This document shows, in pieces, positions 38,532 to 50,451 of a stretch of 64,000 nt of DNA. The notes beneath the pieces are model-generated. The model was not told the DNA's origin and did no database searches. It saw only the letters and a program-made list of their open reading frames with translations. Position numbers and translations under genes: made by a program. Source of the DNA: Thermodesulfobacteriota bacterium (GTDB taxonomy: Bacteria > Desulfobacterota > Desulfobacteria > Desulfobacterales > SURF-7); contig JBMORA010000001.1 in the NCBI GenBank assembly GCA_049320885.1, forward strand, positions 44,509-108,508, written 5' to 3'. How positions within the stretch are numbered: the stretch's first letter is position 1; the number at the start of each line of letters is the position of its first letter.

Positions 38532-39323
38532 ATGACATATGAAAACATCCTGTTCACCGTCGAAAAGGCGGTGGCGTTTATCACCTTCAACCGTCCGAAA
38601 TCCCTCAATGCGCTCAATTCCGTATTGCTGACGGAGTTCCACCAGGCCCTGGATGAAATCGATGCCGATGAAAATATCCGGGTGCTGGTTCTCACCGGCG
38701 CCGGTGAAAAAGCCTTTGTCGCAGGCGCCGACATCAGCGAACTGGCCACTTTCAATCCATTGCAGGCGAGAAAATTCGCGGAAAACGGTCACCGGGCCAT
38801 CGGCCGGCTGCAAGCGCTTGCCATCCCGGTCATTGCGGCGGTGAACGGATTCGCCCTGGGGGGCGGCAACGAGATCGCCCTGGCCGCTGATTTCATTTAC
38901 GCCTCGGAAAACGCCAAATTCGGACTCCCGGAAATCAATCTCGGCATCATTCCCGGTTTCGGCGGCACCCAGCGATTACCGCGGCTGGTGGGTAAAAACC
39001 GGGCCAAGGAAATGATTTTCACCGGCAGGATGATCTCCGCCCGGGAAGCAGCCGAAATCGGCCTGGTGAATCTCGTGACCTCGCCGGACAAGCTGATGGA
39101 AGAAACCATCAAAACCGCCAGCATCATGGCCGCCAAAGGCAAGGCGGCCCTGCGCGCCGCCAAGCACGCCATCAATAAAGGTACGGATGTGGACCTTGAA
39201 ACCGGTTGCCGGATCGAAATCGACGCCTTCGCCCTCTGCATGGCCAGCAGCGACGCCGGAGAGGGCACCAGGGCTTTTCTGGAAAAACGACCGGCCGAAT
39301 TCAAGGGCCGTTTGAACGAATAG
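38532..39323 (+). CDS. Enoyl-CoA hydratase/crotonase
   Basis: NRPKSLNAL, AFVAGADI, GFALGGGNE, PEINLGIIPGFGGTQRL; GGAGG SD before ATG 38532. Confidence 0.93.
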   Translation: MTYENILFTVEKAVAFITFNRPKSLNALNSVLLTEFHQALDEIDADENIRVLVLTGAGEKAFVAGADISELATFNPLQARKFAENGHRAIGRLQALAIPVIAAVNGFALGGGNEIALAADFIYASENAKFGLPEINLGIIPGFGGTQRLPRLVGKNRAKEMIFTGRMISAREAAEIGLVNLVTSPDKLMEETIKTASIMAAKGKAALRAAKHAINKGTDVDLETGCRIEIDAFALCMASSDAGEGTRAFLEKRPAEFKGRLNE

Positions 39324-39374
39324 AATCAACGATGCCACTGTTGTCGATCACCGCCGGTGGAAGGAGAATGGAAG

Positions 39375-40676
39375 ATGATTTTCAATATCGAATATGAAAC
39401 CATGCCGCGGGAAGCGCTGGAAGCCATCCAGCTGCGGCGGTTTCAAACCACAATCGAAAGGGCCTATGCCACGGTTCCGTTCTATCGGGAACGCTTTCAG
39501 AAAGCCGGCGTCTCGTCGGCGGATATTAAAACCCTCGACGACCTGAAGAGAATTCCCTTCACCACCAAACAGGATCTGCGGGACAATTATCCCTTCGGCA
39601 TGTTCGCCGTGCCCATGAGCAATGTCGTCCGCATTCATGCCTCCTCCGGCACCACCGGTCAGCCCACCGTCGTCGGTTACACCGCCCGGGACATCAACAC
39701 CTGGGCCGAACTGATGGCGCGTTCGCTTTCAGCCGGCGGCGCGACCCGCGAGGATATCATTCACAACGCCTATGGATACGGCCTGTTCACCGGGGGGCTG
39801 GGGGTGCATTACGGCGCGGAAAAACTGGGGGCGTCCATCATCCCCGTCTCCGGGGGTAACACCAAACGGCAGGTCATCATCATGAAGGATTTCGGTCCCA
39901 CCATTCTCACCGCCACTCCCTCCTATGCCCTGCATCTGGCGGAGGTGGCCATTGAAATGGGGGTTTCCTTTCAAAACCTCAAATTCAAATACGGCATTTT
40001 CGGCGCCGAGCCCTGGTCGGAAACCATGCGCCGGGAAATCGAGAACAAACTGAACCTGAGTGCCGTGGACATTTACGGTTTGAGCGAAGTCATCGGGCCG
40101 GGGGTTGCCATCGAGTGTCATGAAGCCAAAAAAGGCCTGCATGTTTTTGAGGATCATTTCATTCCGGAAATCATCGACCCGGCCACCGGCGATGTGCTGC
40201 CCTACGGCGAGACCGGCGAGCTGGTCTTCACCTCCCTGACCAAGGAGGCCTTTCCGGTGATCCGCTACCGCACCCGGGACATTTCCACCCTGAACCCCGA
40301 ACCGTGCATCTGCGGCCGGACCCATGTCCGAATGAAACGGGTCAGCGGCCGCACCGACGACATGCTCATCATCCGGGGCGTGAACGTATTCCCGTCCCAG
40401 ATCGAAAGCGTGCTCATGAATGTCGACGAAGTGGAGCCTCATTACCAGCTGCTGGTGGACCGCAAGGACAATCTCGATATCCTCACCGTGCGGGTGGAAG
40501 TGGGCGAGCGTCTCTTCTCCGACGAAGTCAAGAAACTGCAGTCCCTGGAAGCCAAAATCGAGAAGGATATCAAGGAATATCTGGGTGTTTCCGCCAAGGT
40601 CAAACTGGTGGAACCCAAAACCATTGCCCGCAGCGAAGGCAAGGCTGTTCGGGTGATCGACAATCGGAAAATATAG
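39375..40676 (+). CDS. paaK: Phenylacetate--CoA ligase
   Basis: [44 protein letters not shown]. Confidence 0.92.
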   Translation: MIFNIEYETMPREALEAIQLRRFQTTIERAYATVPFYRERFQKAGVSSADIKTLDDLKRIPFTTKQDLRDNYPFGMFAVPMSNVVRIHASSGTTGQPTVVGYTARDINTWAELMARSLSAGGATREDIIHNAYGYGLFTGGLGVHYGAEKLGASIIPVSGGNTKRQVIIMKDFGPTILTATPSYALHLAEVAIEMGVSFQNLKFKYGIFGAEPWSETMRREIENKLNLSAVDIYGLSEVIGPGVAIECHEAKKGLHVFEDHFIPEIIDPATGDVLPYGETGELVFTSLTKEAFPVIRYRTRDISTLNPEPCICGRTHVRMKRVSGRTDDMLIIRGVNVFPSQIESVLMNVDEVEPHYQLLVDRKDNLDILTVRVEVGERLFSDEVKKLQSLEAKIEKDIKEYLGVSAKVKLVEPKTIARSEGKAVRVIDNRKI

Positions 40677-40683
40677 GAGCATT

Positions 40684-41121
40684 ATGATGCGTGTTGAACA
40701 AATCTCCGTATTTTTGGAAAACAAATCAGGGCGTATCGCCGAAGTGACCGGCGTGCTCGCCAAGGCCGGCGTCAATATCCGCGCGTTGTCCATGGCCGAC
40801 ACATCCGACTTCGGCATCCTGCGTCTGATTGTGGACAATACCCGGAAAGCCGAGGAAACCCTGAAGAGTCAAAATTTCACCGTGGGCAAGACCGATGTGG
40901 TGGCGGTGGAAGTCGAGGACAAACCCGGCGGTTTGCATCGCATCATGGAAATTTTGAACCGGGCCGACATCAACGTCGAATATATGTATGCCTTCGTCAA
41001 TCCAACCGCCGGCAACCATGCGGTCATGATATTTCGCTTCGAAAACCTGGATGCCGCAGTTACCATATTGGAACAAAACGGTATTCGTGTGATCGAGGGG
41101 CATCGGGTATACACCCTGTAA
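40684..41121 (+). CDS. ACT-domain protein (paaK-associated)
   Basis: [26 protein letters not shown]. Confidence 0.9.
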   Translation: MMRVEQISVFLENKSGRIAEVTGVLAKAGVNIRALSMADTSDFGILRLIVDNTRKAEETLKSQNFTVGKTDVVAVEVEDKPGGLHRIMEILNRADINVEYMYAFVNPTAGNHAVMIFRFENLDAAVTILEQNGIRVIEGHRVYTL

Positions 41122-41251
41122 AAATCGGGCATTGGCTGCACAATCCCCTTGACAGGCGAGGATCAAAATTGTATTTATGCTTGTTTTGCAATTGTATCCT
41201 GACGGACAGGCTTAATGGAAAACTCATTGGAATAAAAGGAGCACGAAGGCG

Positions 41252-41518
41252 TTGGCGAATCACAAATCGGCTTTAAAGAGAGTCAAGCAGAGCGAAAATC
41301 GGCGGTTGCGCAATAAAACCGTGAAAACCGTCGCGCGGACCTTTGTCAAGAAAGTCCGTTCCACGGTGGCGCAGAAATCAAGCGAAGCGGCGGTGGATCA
41401 ATTGAACCAGACGAAATCCATTATCGATAAAGCCGCCAAAAAGGGTGTCATTCACAAAAGAGCGGCGTCCAGAAAAATTTCCCGTCTGGCGAAACTCGTC
41501 AATTCGATCGCGAAATAG
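41252..41518 (+). CDS. rpsT: 30S ribosomal protein S20
   Basis: MANHKSALKR...DKAAKKGVIHKRAASRKISRL; TTG start. Confidence 0.96.
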   Translation: MANHKSALKRVKQSENRRLRNKTVKTVARTFVKKVRSTVAQKSSEAAVDQLNQTKSIIDKAAKKGVIHKRAASRKISRLAKLVNSIAK

Positions 41519-41596
41519 TCGATCACGCAAGCGCCGACCACCGGACAACCACTCCGTCAAAGGCCTGATACGGGGCCTGCCGGAAACGGCGGGCTC

Positions 41597-42103
41597 CTAA
41601 AAATCCATGGTCAATTGCTGAAATACCTTTTCAGCGAAACGCCTGGCCACCGCTTTCAGCTTTTCGCGTTTATTCACCTCCACATCCCCCGCCAGCAGGT
41701 AGGTTTCCTGAACGGAGATGCCGTTTCCTTCCCAGACGGTTTTACCCGCCGCGTTGGTCAGTTTCGCCTGCCCGTAAACGCTGATCCGCATCTCGGTGGT
41801 CGTCTGCACACTGACGCGGGATGCGGTGGTCACCTGCAGGGATTGGATCGAACCGGAAAGAACCGCTTCGGCCCGTTCCTCCTCCACCAGTTCGGCGATA
41901 TGGCTGCGGGTGAATTCATAGATGACGGCATTGGTGAACACCTGTTCGAGTCCCGTTTCCGCCGTCCGGTTGGAAAACATCCGCACGGTGATCCGTCTCA
42001 GCCCGCCCGGAAGGCTGCCGCCTTCCATAAAACGGTACCCGCAGGCCGTTGGAATAACCACCAGCAGCAGCATCCAGATGACGGCGCCCCGTTTACTCCG
42101 CAT
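41597..42103 (-). CDS. lptE: LPS assembly lipoprotein LptE family
   Basis: Lipobox TACGYRF, FSNRT, directly downstream of leuS. Confidence 0.8.
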   Translation of the reverse strand: MRSKRGAVIWMLLLVVIPTACGYRFMEGGSLPGGLRRITVRMFSNRTAETGLEQVFTNAVIYEFTRSHIAELVEEERAEAVLSGSIQSLQVTTASRVSVQTTTEMRISVYGQAKLTNAAGKTVWEGNGISVQETYLLAGDVEVNKREKLKAVARRFAEKVFQQLTMDF

Positions 42104-42109
42104 ATCCGC

Positions 42110-44704
42110 TCACGCCGCCACGATATTGACCAGTTTGTTTTGCACCACAATCACTTTCCGGATGCTTTTGCCGTCGATGAATTTTTTCACCTGCCCATCG
42201 GCCAAGGCCCGCTCCTTGATGAGCTCCTCACCGGTGCCGGCGGTCACGGCGAACTTGCCCCGCAGCTTGCCGTTCACCTGGACAACGATCAAAACCTCAT
42301 CGGCGGTCAGGGCCGCCTCATCGTACGCCGGCCAGGGCACGTCGATGATGCTGGGGGGATTTCCCAGCGCGGACCACATTTCCTCCGCGAAATGCGGCAC
42401 GATCGGTGAGAGCAACAGCACCGCGGATTCCATGGCGAAACGCATGACGGCGGGACCCTCGGGCAGGTTTTCGAAGGCCTCCAGGCCATACATGGCGTTG
42501 ACCAGTTCCATGACCGCGCTGATGGCCGTGTTGAAATGAAAACGCGCATCGATATCGTTTGTGACCCGTTGGATGGTCTGGTGGGTTTTCTGATACACCT
42601 CCTTCAGCCGGCCTTCCAGGCCATGCCAGGAACCGCTGTATGGTTTCACCCCGCCGATAACCGGCAGACATGTCGCTCCCAGACGCCAGACCCGGTTCAG
42701 GAACCGGTAGCTTCCGTCCACCCCCTGCTCGCTCCATTCCAGATCCCGCTCCGGCGGGGCCGCAAACAGACAAAACAGGCGGGTCGTATCCGCACCGTAT
42801 TGGTCCAGCAAGGTGTTCGGATCAATGACGTTTTTTTTCGATTTGGACATCTTTTCCACCCGGCCCACCGTCACCGGGCTTTCGCATTTGGAGCAGTAAA
42901 CCCCTTTGTCGCCCGTTTCCGCCTCTTCCGGGAACAGAAAGCCATGTTGCGGACAGGCCATGGTTTCCTTGCAGACCATGCCCTGGGTCAGCAGGCGGGT
43001 AAACGGCTCCTTGAACCCCACCAGGCCGAAACTCTCCAGCACCCTTGTGAAATATCGGGAATACAACAAATGCAGGATGGCGTGTTCCACGCCGCCTATG
43101 TATTGATCCACCGGCATCCAGTATTCCACCGCGGCGCGGTCAAAAATGCCGGTATGGTAATCCGGGCTGCAGTAGCGTTCGAAATACCAGGAGGATTCCA
43201 TAAAAGTATCCATGGTATCGGTATCCCGACGAGCCTCCGTGTTGCCGCATTGCGGGCAGGTGGTCCGCATGAAAGCCGGCAGGGCCGGCAGGGGGGACTT
43301 CCCCCCCTCCAGCAGGCCGGCATCCTCCGGCAGCAGGATCGGCAGATCCGACTCCGGGACCGGGACGATGCCGCATTGCTCACAATGGATCATGGGAATG
43401 GGCGCGCCCCAATAGCGCTGCCGGGAAATGCCCCAGTCGCGCAACCGGAAACTGACGGTCTTGCGGCCCAGACCCTGCTGTTCCAGGTAGCGGGCGATCT
43501 CATCCTGGGCCGTCTTGTTGCCGAGCCCGTTGAATCGATCCGAGTTGACCAGAATCCCTTCCCCGGCATAGGCTTCGGTCATGGTTTCCACCTTCAGGTC
43601 CATATCCCGCGGCTGGATGACGACGATGCAATCGAGTCCGTATTTCCGCGCGAATTCGAAATCCCGCTGATCGTGGGCCGGAACGGACATGACCGCTCCG
43701 GTGCCGTATTCCATCAAAGCGAAATTCGCGGTATAGATCGGCATCCGCCTGCCGGTCACGGGATTGATGCAACAGGCGCCGGTGAAAACCCCTTCCTTCT
43801 CGTAGCCTTCCAGGGCTCTGCTGGAGCGGTCCTGGCGCGACATTTTCTCCACAAAGGCCTCCACGTCCCCTGCCTGGGGCTTGCCGGCGGACAAAACCGG
43901 CACCAGGGGATGCTCCGGCGCAAGACACATGAAGGTCGCCCCATACAGGGTATCCGGCCGGGTGGTGAAGACGGCGATGGTTTCCGGCGAATCCTCCACG
44001 GCGAACCGGATTTCCGCGCCGATGCTCTTGCCGATCCAGTTTTTCTGCATGGTGGTCACCTTCTCCGGCCAGCCGGGGAGCAGGTCGCAATACACCAGCA
44101 GATCCTCGGCGAAGTCGGTGATTTTCAGGAACCATTGTTCCAGCTTTTTCTGGCGGACCGGTTTTCCGCAGCGCCAGCACATCCCGGCCTCCACCTGCTC
44201 ATTGGCGAGCACTGTCTGGCAGGGATCGCACCAGTTGACGAAGGATTCCTTGCGATAGGCCATCCGTTTTTTATACATCTGGATGAACAGCCATTGCTCC
44301 CAGCGATAGTATTCCGGCCGGCAGGTGGCGATCTCCCGGTCCCAGTCATAGCTGAAACCCATGCGTTTCAATTGGTTGCGCATGTAGGCAATGTTTTCGT
44401 AGGTCCATTTGGCCGGATGGGTCTGATGGGCGATGGCCGCATTCTCCGCCGGCATGCCGAAAGCGTCCCAGCCCATGGGATGGAGCACATTCAATCCCCG
44501 CATCCGCTTGTAGCGCGCCACCACATCCCCGATGGTGTAATTGCGGACATGCCCCATATGGATTTTACCCGAGGGGTAGGGAAACATCTCCAGCAGGTAA
44601 TATTTTTCCTTCCGATGATCTTCCGTGACCGCGAACAGTTTGGTCTGATCCCAATAGGCCTGCCATTTGGATTCGATCGATTTCGGATCGTAGCGTTCTT
44701 CCAT
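42110..44704 (-). CDS. leuS: Leucine--tRNA ligase
   Basis: [28 protein letters not shown]. Confidence 0.98.
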   Translation of the reverse strand: MEERYDPKSIESKWQAYWDQTKLFAVTEDHRKEKYYLLEMFPYPSGKIHMGHVRNYTIGDVVARYKRMRGLNVLHPMGWDAFGMPAENAAIAHQTHPAKWTYENIAYMRNQLKRMGFSYDWDREIATCRPEYYRWEQWLFIQMYKKRMAYRKESFVNWCDPCQTVLANEQVEAGMCWRCGKPVRQKKLEQWFLKITDFAEDLLVYCDLLPGWPEKVTTMQKNWIGKSIGAEIRFAVEDSPETIAVFTTRPDTLYGATFMCLAPEHPLVPVLSAGKPQAGDVEAFVEKMSRQDRSSRALEGYEKEGVFTGACCINPVTGRRMPIYTANFALMEYGTGAVMSVPAHDQRDFEFARKYGLDCIVVIQPRDMDLKVETMTEAYAGEGILVNSDRFNGLGNKTAQDEIARYLEQQGLGRKTVSFRLRDWGISRQRYWGAPIPMIHCEQCGIVPVPESDLPILLPEDAGLLEGGKSPLPALPAFMRTTCPQCGNTEARRDTDTMDTFMESSWYFERYCSPDYHTGIFDRAAVEYWMPVDQYIGGVEHAILHLLYSRYFTRVLESFGLVGFKEPFTRLLTQGMVCKETMACPQHGFLFPEEAETGDKGVYCSKCESPVTVGRVEKMSKSKKNVIDPNTLLDQYGADTTRLFCLFAAPPERDLEWSEQGVDGSYRFLNRVWRLGATCLPVIGGVKPYSGSWHGLEGRLKEVYQKTHQTIQRVTNDIDARFHFNTAISAVMELVNAMYGLEAFENLPEGPAVMRFAMESAVLLLSPIVPHFAEEMWSALGNPPSIIDVPWPAYDEAALTADEVLIVVQVNGKLRGKFAVTAGTGEELIKERALADGQVKKFIDGKSIRKVIVVQNKLVNIVAA

Positions 44705-44987
44705 TTTCGTTTTATCCTTTTTACACGAGGGTCCGGTTATATGGATACCGTCCGCGACGACGGAAAACTGTCCGGAAAGCCGGCGCCGGAGGCGATCGGC
44801 TGCCTGGATCTTATGCCACCATCACCGTCAAATTGCAAGCCGCGGCATGCAAATTCCCCCGGTGCCGCCGCCCTCCATGAATGGGCTTTCCGGAATGCTC
44901 CGGCTCCAAAAATCATTTGACTTGAATCGGACAATTTCATATGTAGATTTCAACACTTCAAAGGATATTATCCGAACCCCGATAATT

Positions 44988-46448
44988 ATGACAAAAAAAA
45001 TCATCATCAATGCCGTCGACCACGAAGAAAACCGGATTGCCATCATCCAGGACAGCAAGCTGGAAGAATTTCATATCGAAACCGCCTCCAAGACCGTAAC
45101 CAAAAGCAATATTTATAAAGGCGTCATCACCCGCATCGAACCGAGCCTCCAGGCCGTCTTCGTGGATTACGGCGCCGAACGGCATGGCTTCCTGCAAAAA
45201 AACGATATCCACAGCGATTATTTTCAGGACAATGCCACGGGAGACCGCTCCCTGAAAAAAATCGTCCGGCGCGGCCAGGAAATCATGGTGCAGGTCACCA
45301 AGGATTCGATCATGAAAAAAGGCGCCATGCTCACCACCTTCATTTCCCTTCCCGGAAGGCACATGGTGCTGATGCCCGGCAGCAACACCAACGGCATTTC
45401 GCGCAAAATCGAGGACGAGGAAGAACGCAAGCGCCTGAAGGACATCATTGAGAAGCTGAAACTTCCCGAAGGGTTCAGCCTGATCGTGCGCACCGCCGGC
45501 GAAGGGTGCACCAAAACGCAGATCGCCAGGGATTTGCAATACCTCATGCGGGTATGGGAAAGCATCATCAAAAAAGGCATGCAGGAAAAGGCGCCGGTGC
45601 TGTTGTACAAGGAAAGAAACCTGGCCCTGCGGTCCATCCGCGATTATTTCACCCCCGACACCAAGGAAATTCTCATCGACGACCCGGCGGTTTACAAGGA
45701 AGTCAAGAATTTCGTCAACATCATTTCGCCCAAACACTCCCAGATCGTGAAACAATTCACGGAGCCCAAACCGATTTTCACCAAATACCAGCTGGAAGAG
45801 CAGATCGCCTCGATTTTCGAAAGCCGGGTGAACCTCAAATCCGGCGGTTCCATCGTTCTGGATCAAACCGAAGCCCTGGTGGCCATTGATGTCAATTCCG
45901 GCAAGGCCACCTCCGGCGAAAACATCGAGCAGACCGCCTTCAACACCAACCTGGAAGCGGCCGAGGAAATCGCCCGCCAGTTGCGGCTCCGCGACCTGGG
46001 GGGCCTGATCGTCATTGATTTCATCGACATGCGGGACGCCAAGCACAAGGCCAAAATCCTGAACGCGATGAAAACCTTTCTGAAGGAAGACAAGGCCCGC
46101 ACCAAAATCGGTCAGATTTCCCGCTTCGGCCTGATGGAAATGTCGCGGCAACGGATCCGGGCGTCCATCGAGAGCGGCAGTTTCAACACCTGCGAGCATT
46201 GTCAGGGTAAAGGTCTGATTCCTTCCACGGAATCCCTGGGATTGGGCTTCCTGCGCAAACTCCGCCTGGAGACCCTGAAAACCGACATCACCCAGGTCAG
46301 AGGGCTGGTCCCCCCCCCGGTGGCCACCTATATTCTGAATAAAAAACGCAGTGAAATCCTGGAACTCGAAACCCGCCGCGATATCTTGATCACCATTGAA
46401 GGCGACCCGGCCATGCGGCCAGGTGAAAGCCGGATTATCTGCAACTGA
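44988..46448 (+). CDS. Ribonuclease E/G family (short, RNase G-like)
   Basis: S1 domain, IDVNSG, RLRDLGGLIVIDFIDM, CxxC; no long C-terminal scaffold. Confidence 0.92.
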   Translation: MTKKIIINAVDHEENRIAIIQDSKLEEFHIETASKTVTKSNIYKGVITRIEPSLQAVFVDYGAERHGFLQKNDIHSDYFQDNATGDRSLKKIVRRGQEIMVQVTKDSIMKKGAMLTTFISLPGRHMVLMPGSNTNGISRKIEDEEERKRLKDIIEKLKLPEGFSLIVRTAGEGCTKTQIARDLQYLMRVWESIIKKGMQEKAPVLLYKERNLALRSIRDYFTPDTKEILIDDPAVYKEVKNFVNIISPKHSQIVKQFTEPKPIFTKYQLEEQIASIFESRVNLKSGGSIVLDQTEALVAIDVNSGKATSGENIEQTAFNTNLEAAEEIARQLRLRDLGGLIVIDFIDMRDAKHKAKILNAMKTFLKEDKARTKIGQISRFGLMEMSRQRIRASIESGSFNTCEHCQGKGLIPSTESLGLGFLRKLRLETLKTDITQVRGLVPPPVATYILNKKRSEILELETRRDILITIEGDPAMRPGESRIICN

Positions 46449-46579
46449 GCGTCCGGCGGCTTTTTTCGCCCCGCGTCATTTTTCGCTCCGTGTATTGATG
46501 CTTCCGTATTGACACGTCAATTTGATTCCTGTATCAGTGGGATCGTCTAAAAATCTTCATTACTAAGGAGGAAGTTATC

Positions 46580-46930
46580 TTGATGGATATCGCATACGCC
46601 ATGGGCCAGGGCGGCGCCCCCGCGGGGCAGGGGGGCGGATTTACCGCATTCGTCCCGCTGATTCTCATGTTCGCCATTTTTTATTTTCTGCTCATCCGTC
46701 CCCAGCAGAAAAAAGCCAAGGAGCATCGCGAAATGCTCAACCAGCTGAAAAAAGGCGACCGGGTGATCACCAGCGGCGGCATTCACGGCACCATCACCTC
46801 GGTGGACGATACCGCCGTGACCCTGGAGATCGCCGAAAAGGTCCGGATCAAGGTCGTGCGCGGCAATATCGCGGCCCTCAACCAGCCGACGCCGGCGGCG
46901 CCGGATAAAAAAGCCAAACCGCAATCCTGA
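46580..46930 (+). CDS. yajC: Preprotein translocase subunit YajC
   Basis: FYFLLIRPQQKK, LKKGDRVITSGGIHG. Confidence 0.95.
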   Translation: MMDIAYAMGQGGAPAGQGGGFTAFVPLILMFAIFYFLLIRPQQKKAKEHREMLNQLKKGDRVITSGGIHGTITSVDDTAVTLEIAEKVRIKVVRGNIAALNQPTPAAPDKKAKPQS

Positions 46931-47000
46931 TACACCGCCGCCGCCGCGGCCGGCGCATGCGCCGCAGGTTATCATAACTACGGAGAAAGGATATCGAGCT

Positions 47001-48596
47001 GTGAAGAATCTCTCATGGCGAGCAATAGTGAATTTGGTCGTGGTTCTCGTCGCCCTGGTGTATCTGTTTCCCACCTTAGAAATGAGACTCAACCGCAAGG
47101 ACAAACCGGAGCTGTGGCCCCATAAGCAGATCAATCTGGGACTCGATCTGCAGGGCGGCATGCATCTGGCGCTGGAGGTGGATGCGCCCAAGGCCGTGGA
47201 AGGCCACATGGAACGCCTGATCCAGGAACTGCGCTTGCTGCTGCGCAAGGAGAACATCCGCAACCGGGGCATCGCCGCTCTTCCCGGCGCCAAGGCATCG
47301 GTCAACATCAGCGGCGAGGATCTCGACCGCTTCAACACCTTTCTGGACCGGGAATTTCCGGACCTTCACGTGGAAACCGAGGAAACGGAAGGCCTGACCC
47401 GCTTCATCCTGTCCCTGCCCGAGGCCGAGGCCAAATATCTGGAACAGATGGCCGTGGATCAGGCCCTCGAGACCATCCGGAACCGGATCGACGCCTTCGG
47501 TGTCAGCGAGCCGGACATCAGACGCCAGGGTGATAACCGCCTGCTGATCCAGCTGCCGGGCATCAAGGATCCCAGCCGGGCCAAAGCCCTGATCGGTAAA
47601 ACCGCTCTGCTGGAATTCCGTCTCGTGGATGAAGACCATGATGTCAATGCAGCCCTGAAGGGCGACATTCCCGCGGGCAGTGAACTCATGTACCAGACGG
47701 TTCATGATCCGGAAACCAACCGCATGCGGAAGACCCCCTTCCTGATCAAAAAGCGCACCGCCCTCACCGGCGCGGACCTGACCGACGCCCGGGTGCAGAT
47801 CAACCAGCAGTACAATGAACCGTATGTGTCCATCCGTTTCAATAAAAAAGGCGCGCGGCAGTTCGGCCGCATCACCGGCGAGAACATCAACAAACGCCTG
47901 GCCATCGTGCTGGACAACAATGTATATTCGGCGCCGGTGATCAAATCCGAAATCACCGGCGGCGACGCCATGATCGAGGGGAGTTTCACCGAGGAAGAGG
48001 CCCGGGATCTGGCCATCGTCCTGCGGGCCGGGGCCCTGCCCGCACCGGTCAAGGTCCTGGAGGAAAGGACCGTGGGGCCGTCCCTGGGCCAGGACTCCAT
48101 CCAGAGAGGACTGATATCCGGACTCATCGGCGGCCTGCTGGTGGTGATCTTCATGGCCGTGTACTATAAAGGAGCGGGACTCATCGCCGATGCGGCCCTG
48201 ATCATCAACATCATCCTCATCGCCGGCGGCCTCTCCGCTTTTCAGGCCACCCTGACCCTGCCTGGCATCGCCGGCATCATCCTCACCATCGGCATGGCTG
48301 TTGACGCCAATGTGTTGATCTTCGAGCGCATCCGGGAAGAGCTGAAACTCGGCAAGACGCCCCGGGCCGCGGTGGCGGCCGGTTTCGAACGGGCGACCAT
48401 CACCATTCTGGATTCCAATATCACCACCCTCATCGCCGCCCTGGTCCTGTTCCAGTTCGGCACCGGCCCGGTGAAAGGCTTCGCTGTCACCCTGAGTCTG
48501 GGCGTGGTGTCCAGCGTGTTCACCGCGCTGGTTTTCAGCCGGCTCGTTTTCGATTATTTCCTGATCAACCGCGGCGCCAAAACCATCAGCATCTAA
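47001..48596 (+). CDS. secD: Protein translocase subunit SecD
   Basis: LGLDLQGG, VGPSLG, GMAVDANVLIFERIREE. Confidence 0.96.
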   Translation: MKNLSWRAIVNLVVVLVALVYLFPTLEMRLNRKDKPELWPHKQINLGLDLQGGMHLALEVDAPKAVEGHMERLIQELRLLLRKENIRNRGIAALPGAKASVNISGEDLDRFNTFLDREFPDLHVETEETEGLTRFILSLPEAEAKYLEQMAVDQALETIRNRIDAFGVSEPDIRRQGDNRLLIQLPGIKDPSRAKALIGKTALLEFRLVDEDHDVNAALKGDIPAGSELMYQTVHDPETNRMRKTPFLIKKRTALTGADLTDARVQINQQYNEPYVSIRFNKKGARQFGRITGENINKRLAIVLDNNVYSAPVIKSEITGGDAMIEGSFTEEEARDLAIVLRAGALPAPVKVLEERTVGPSLGQDSIQRGLISGLIGGLLVVIFMAVYYKGAGLIADAALIINIILIAGGLSAFQATLTLPGIAGIILTIGMAVDANVLIFERIREELKLGKTPRAAVAAGFERATITILDSNITTLIAALVLFQFGTGPVKGFAVTLSLGVVSSVFTALVFSRLVFDYFLINRGAKTISI

Positions 48597-48612
48597 GGAG
48601 GGGTATTCTGTA

Positions 48613-49641
48613 ATGGAGTTCATCAAATCCACACCGAAAATCGATTTTGTCGGCATGCGCAAAAAAGCCTATGTCGTTTCCGCCATACTCCTTTTGGCCA
48701 GCATCGCCGCCGTGATCCTCATCGGTCCCCGGTTCGGCGTCGATTTCGTCGGCGGCACCCTGATCCAGATCAAATTTTCGGCCCCGACCAAAACCAGCGT
48801 CATCAAACAGGGCCTGAAAAGCATTGGTTTGGACGGGGCTGCGGTCCAGAAATTCGGTGAAAGCGATGCTTCCGAGTTCCTGATCCGCACCAACCAGCCG
48901 GTGGACGCCTCGGAGGAATTCACCGGACAACTCGAGAAAACCCTGGGTGAAAGCACCGGCCAGACAGCCGCCATCCAGCGGATCGAAATGGTGGGCCCCC
49001 AGGTGGGCAAGGATCTGCGGGAAAAAGCGCTCCTGGCTATCTATTACACCATGCTCATGATCACCATTTACATCTCAGGCCGCTTCGAGCTGAAATGGAC
49101 CCTCAGCATCATCGTGGCCGGAGTGTTGATCGGCGCGGTTTATCTGTTCTCCCTGTTTCATGTCGGCCTGGTGTTTTTAATCGCCACGGCCCTGATCGTC
49201 ACCCTGGTGCTTTTCTGGTTTCTGAGCCTGAAATACGCCATGGGTGCCATCGTGGCCCTGCTCCACGACGTCTTGATCACCGTCGGCATCTTCTGCATTA
49301 TGGGCAAGGAATTCACCCTGCCCATCATCGCGGCCCTTTTGACCATCATCGGCTATTCCCTGAACGACACCATCATCGTATATGACCGGATTCGGGAGAA
49401 CCTCCGGAAAAACAGCAAAAACACCCTGGACGTCAATATCAACCTGAGCGTCAACGAAACCCTGAGCCGCACCATCCTGACAGGAGGCACCACCCTGGTC
49501 TCCGTAGTGGCCCTGCTCATTTGGGGCGGCGGCATCATCCATGATTTCGCCTTTGCCATGACCGTCGGCATCCTGGTGGGAACCTATTCCTCCGTTTTCG
49601 TAGCCAGCCCGATCCTGCTGGCCTATCAGGGGCGCCGATGA
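48613..49641 (+). CDS. secF: Protein translocase subunit SecF
   Basis: GVDFVGG, VGPQVG, IGYSLNDTIIVYDRIRE. Confidence 0.96.
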   Translation: MEFIKSTPKIDFVGMRKKAYVVSAILLLASIAAVILIGPRFGVDFVGGTLIQIKFSAPTKTSVIKQGLKSIGLDGAAVQKFGESDASEFLIRTNQPVDASEEFTGQLEKTLGESTGQTAAIQRIEMVGPQVGKDLREKALLAIYYTMLMITIYISGRFELKWTLSIIVAGVLIGAVYLFSLFHVGLVFLIATALIVTLVLFWFLSLKYAMGAIVALLHDVLITVGIFCIMGKEFTLPIIAALLTIIGYSLNDTIIVYDRIRENLRKNSKNTLDVNINLSVNETLSRTILTGGTTLVSVVALLIWGGGIIHDFAFAMTVGILVGTYSSVFVASPILLAYQGRR

Positions 49642-49686
49642 AACACTGCTGACCTGCAATCCATAGAATGCTGGAAGGGGGAGCGT

Positions 49687-50439
49687 ATGAAACATCCGGT
49701 GGCGATCCGCTGCGGCATCACGAGATTCTGGAAAGGCTTTTCTGTCGTAACCGCCCTTCTTGTCATGGGGATTCTCCAGGCCTGCGCCACGCAGCAGCCG
49801 GAGGAGAACCAGAGCCTTGCCCGGATGGATCAGCAAATCCGCGAGCTGGAAGACAAAATGGACGAGTCCTATCACCGGCTCTCCGTCATCCAGTTCATGG
49901 TGGACAACCATGAGCGCCAGCTCCGGGAATTGAATCCCTCCTCCAAACCCATGCCCGGGTCTTCCGGACCGGATTCCTCCGGGACCTTCACGGAAGAAAC
50001 CATGCCCGCAGGGGACGGACCGGCGACCCCGCCCCCCTCCCCCGCCGCCGGGAACGGCGCCCCGTCCTCGCCCCACATGCTGTATAACAAGGCCCTTGCT
50101 GCCTACAAAAAATCCGATTTTACCGCCGCCGCCGAAGATTTCAACACCTTCATCCTGACCTATCCGCGGCATGAACTGACAGACAACGCCGTTTACTGGA
50201 AAGGGGAGTGTCAATACGCCCAAAAAGATTTTCCGGGCGCCATCACCACCTTCAAGCAGGTCCTGTCCCAGTATCCGGATGGCGGCAAGGTACCCGACGC
50301 CTTGTTGAAGATCGGTTATTCCTATCTGGCACTCAACGACAAGGAAAATGCGCGCACCTTTCTGAAACAGGCGGTGAAAAACTATCCTTTCAGTCCGGCA
50401 GGCACCAAAGCGGAACAGATGCTGAAAAAAATCCGGTAA
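49687..50439 (+). CDS. cpoB: Tol-Pal system protein YbgF/CpoB
   Basis: Lipobox LQAC, coiled coil, TPR with NAVYWKGE and KVPDALLKIG. Confidence 0.85.
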   Translation: MKHPVAIRCGITRFWKGFSVVTALLVMGILQACATQQPEENQSLARMDQQIRELEDKMDESYHRLSVIQFMVDNHERQLRELNPSSKPMPGSSGPDSSGTFTEETMPAGDGPATPPPSPAAGNGAPSSPHMLYNKALAAYKKSDFTAAAEDFNTFILTYPRHELTDNAVYWKGECQYAQKDFPGAITTFKQVLSQYPDGGKVPDALLKIGYSYLALNDKENARTFLKQAVKNYPFSPAGTKAEQMLKKIR

Positions 50440-50451
50440 CTGCCACGCGCC

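Noticed and set aside
46508-46521. FNR-like site at the yajC promoter
   Set aside because: TTGAC/GTCAA half-sites are 2 bp apart rather than 4.
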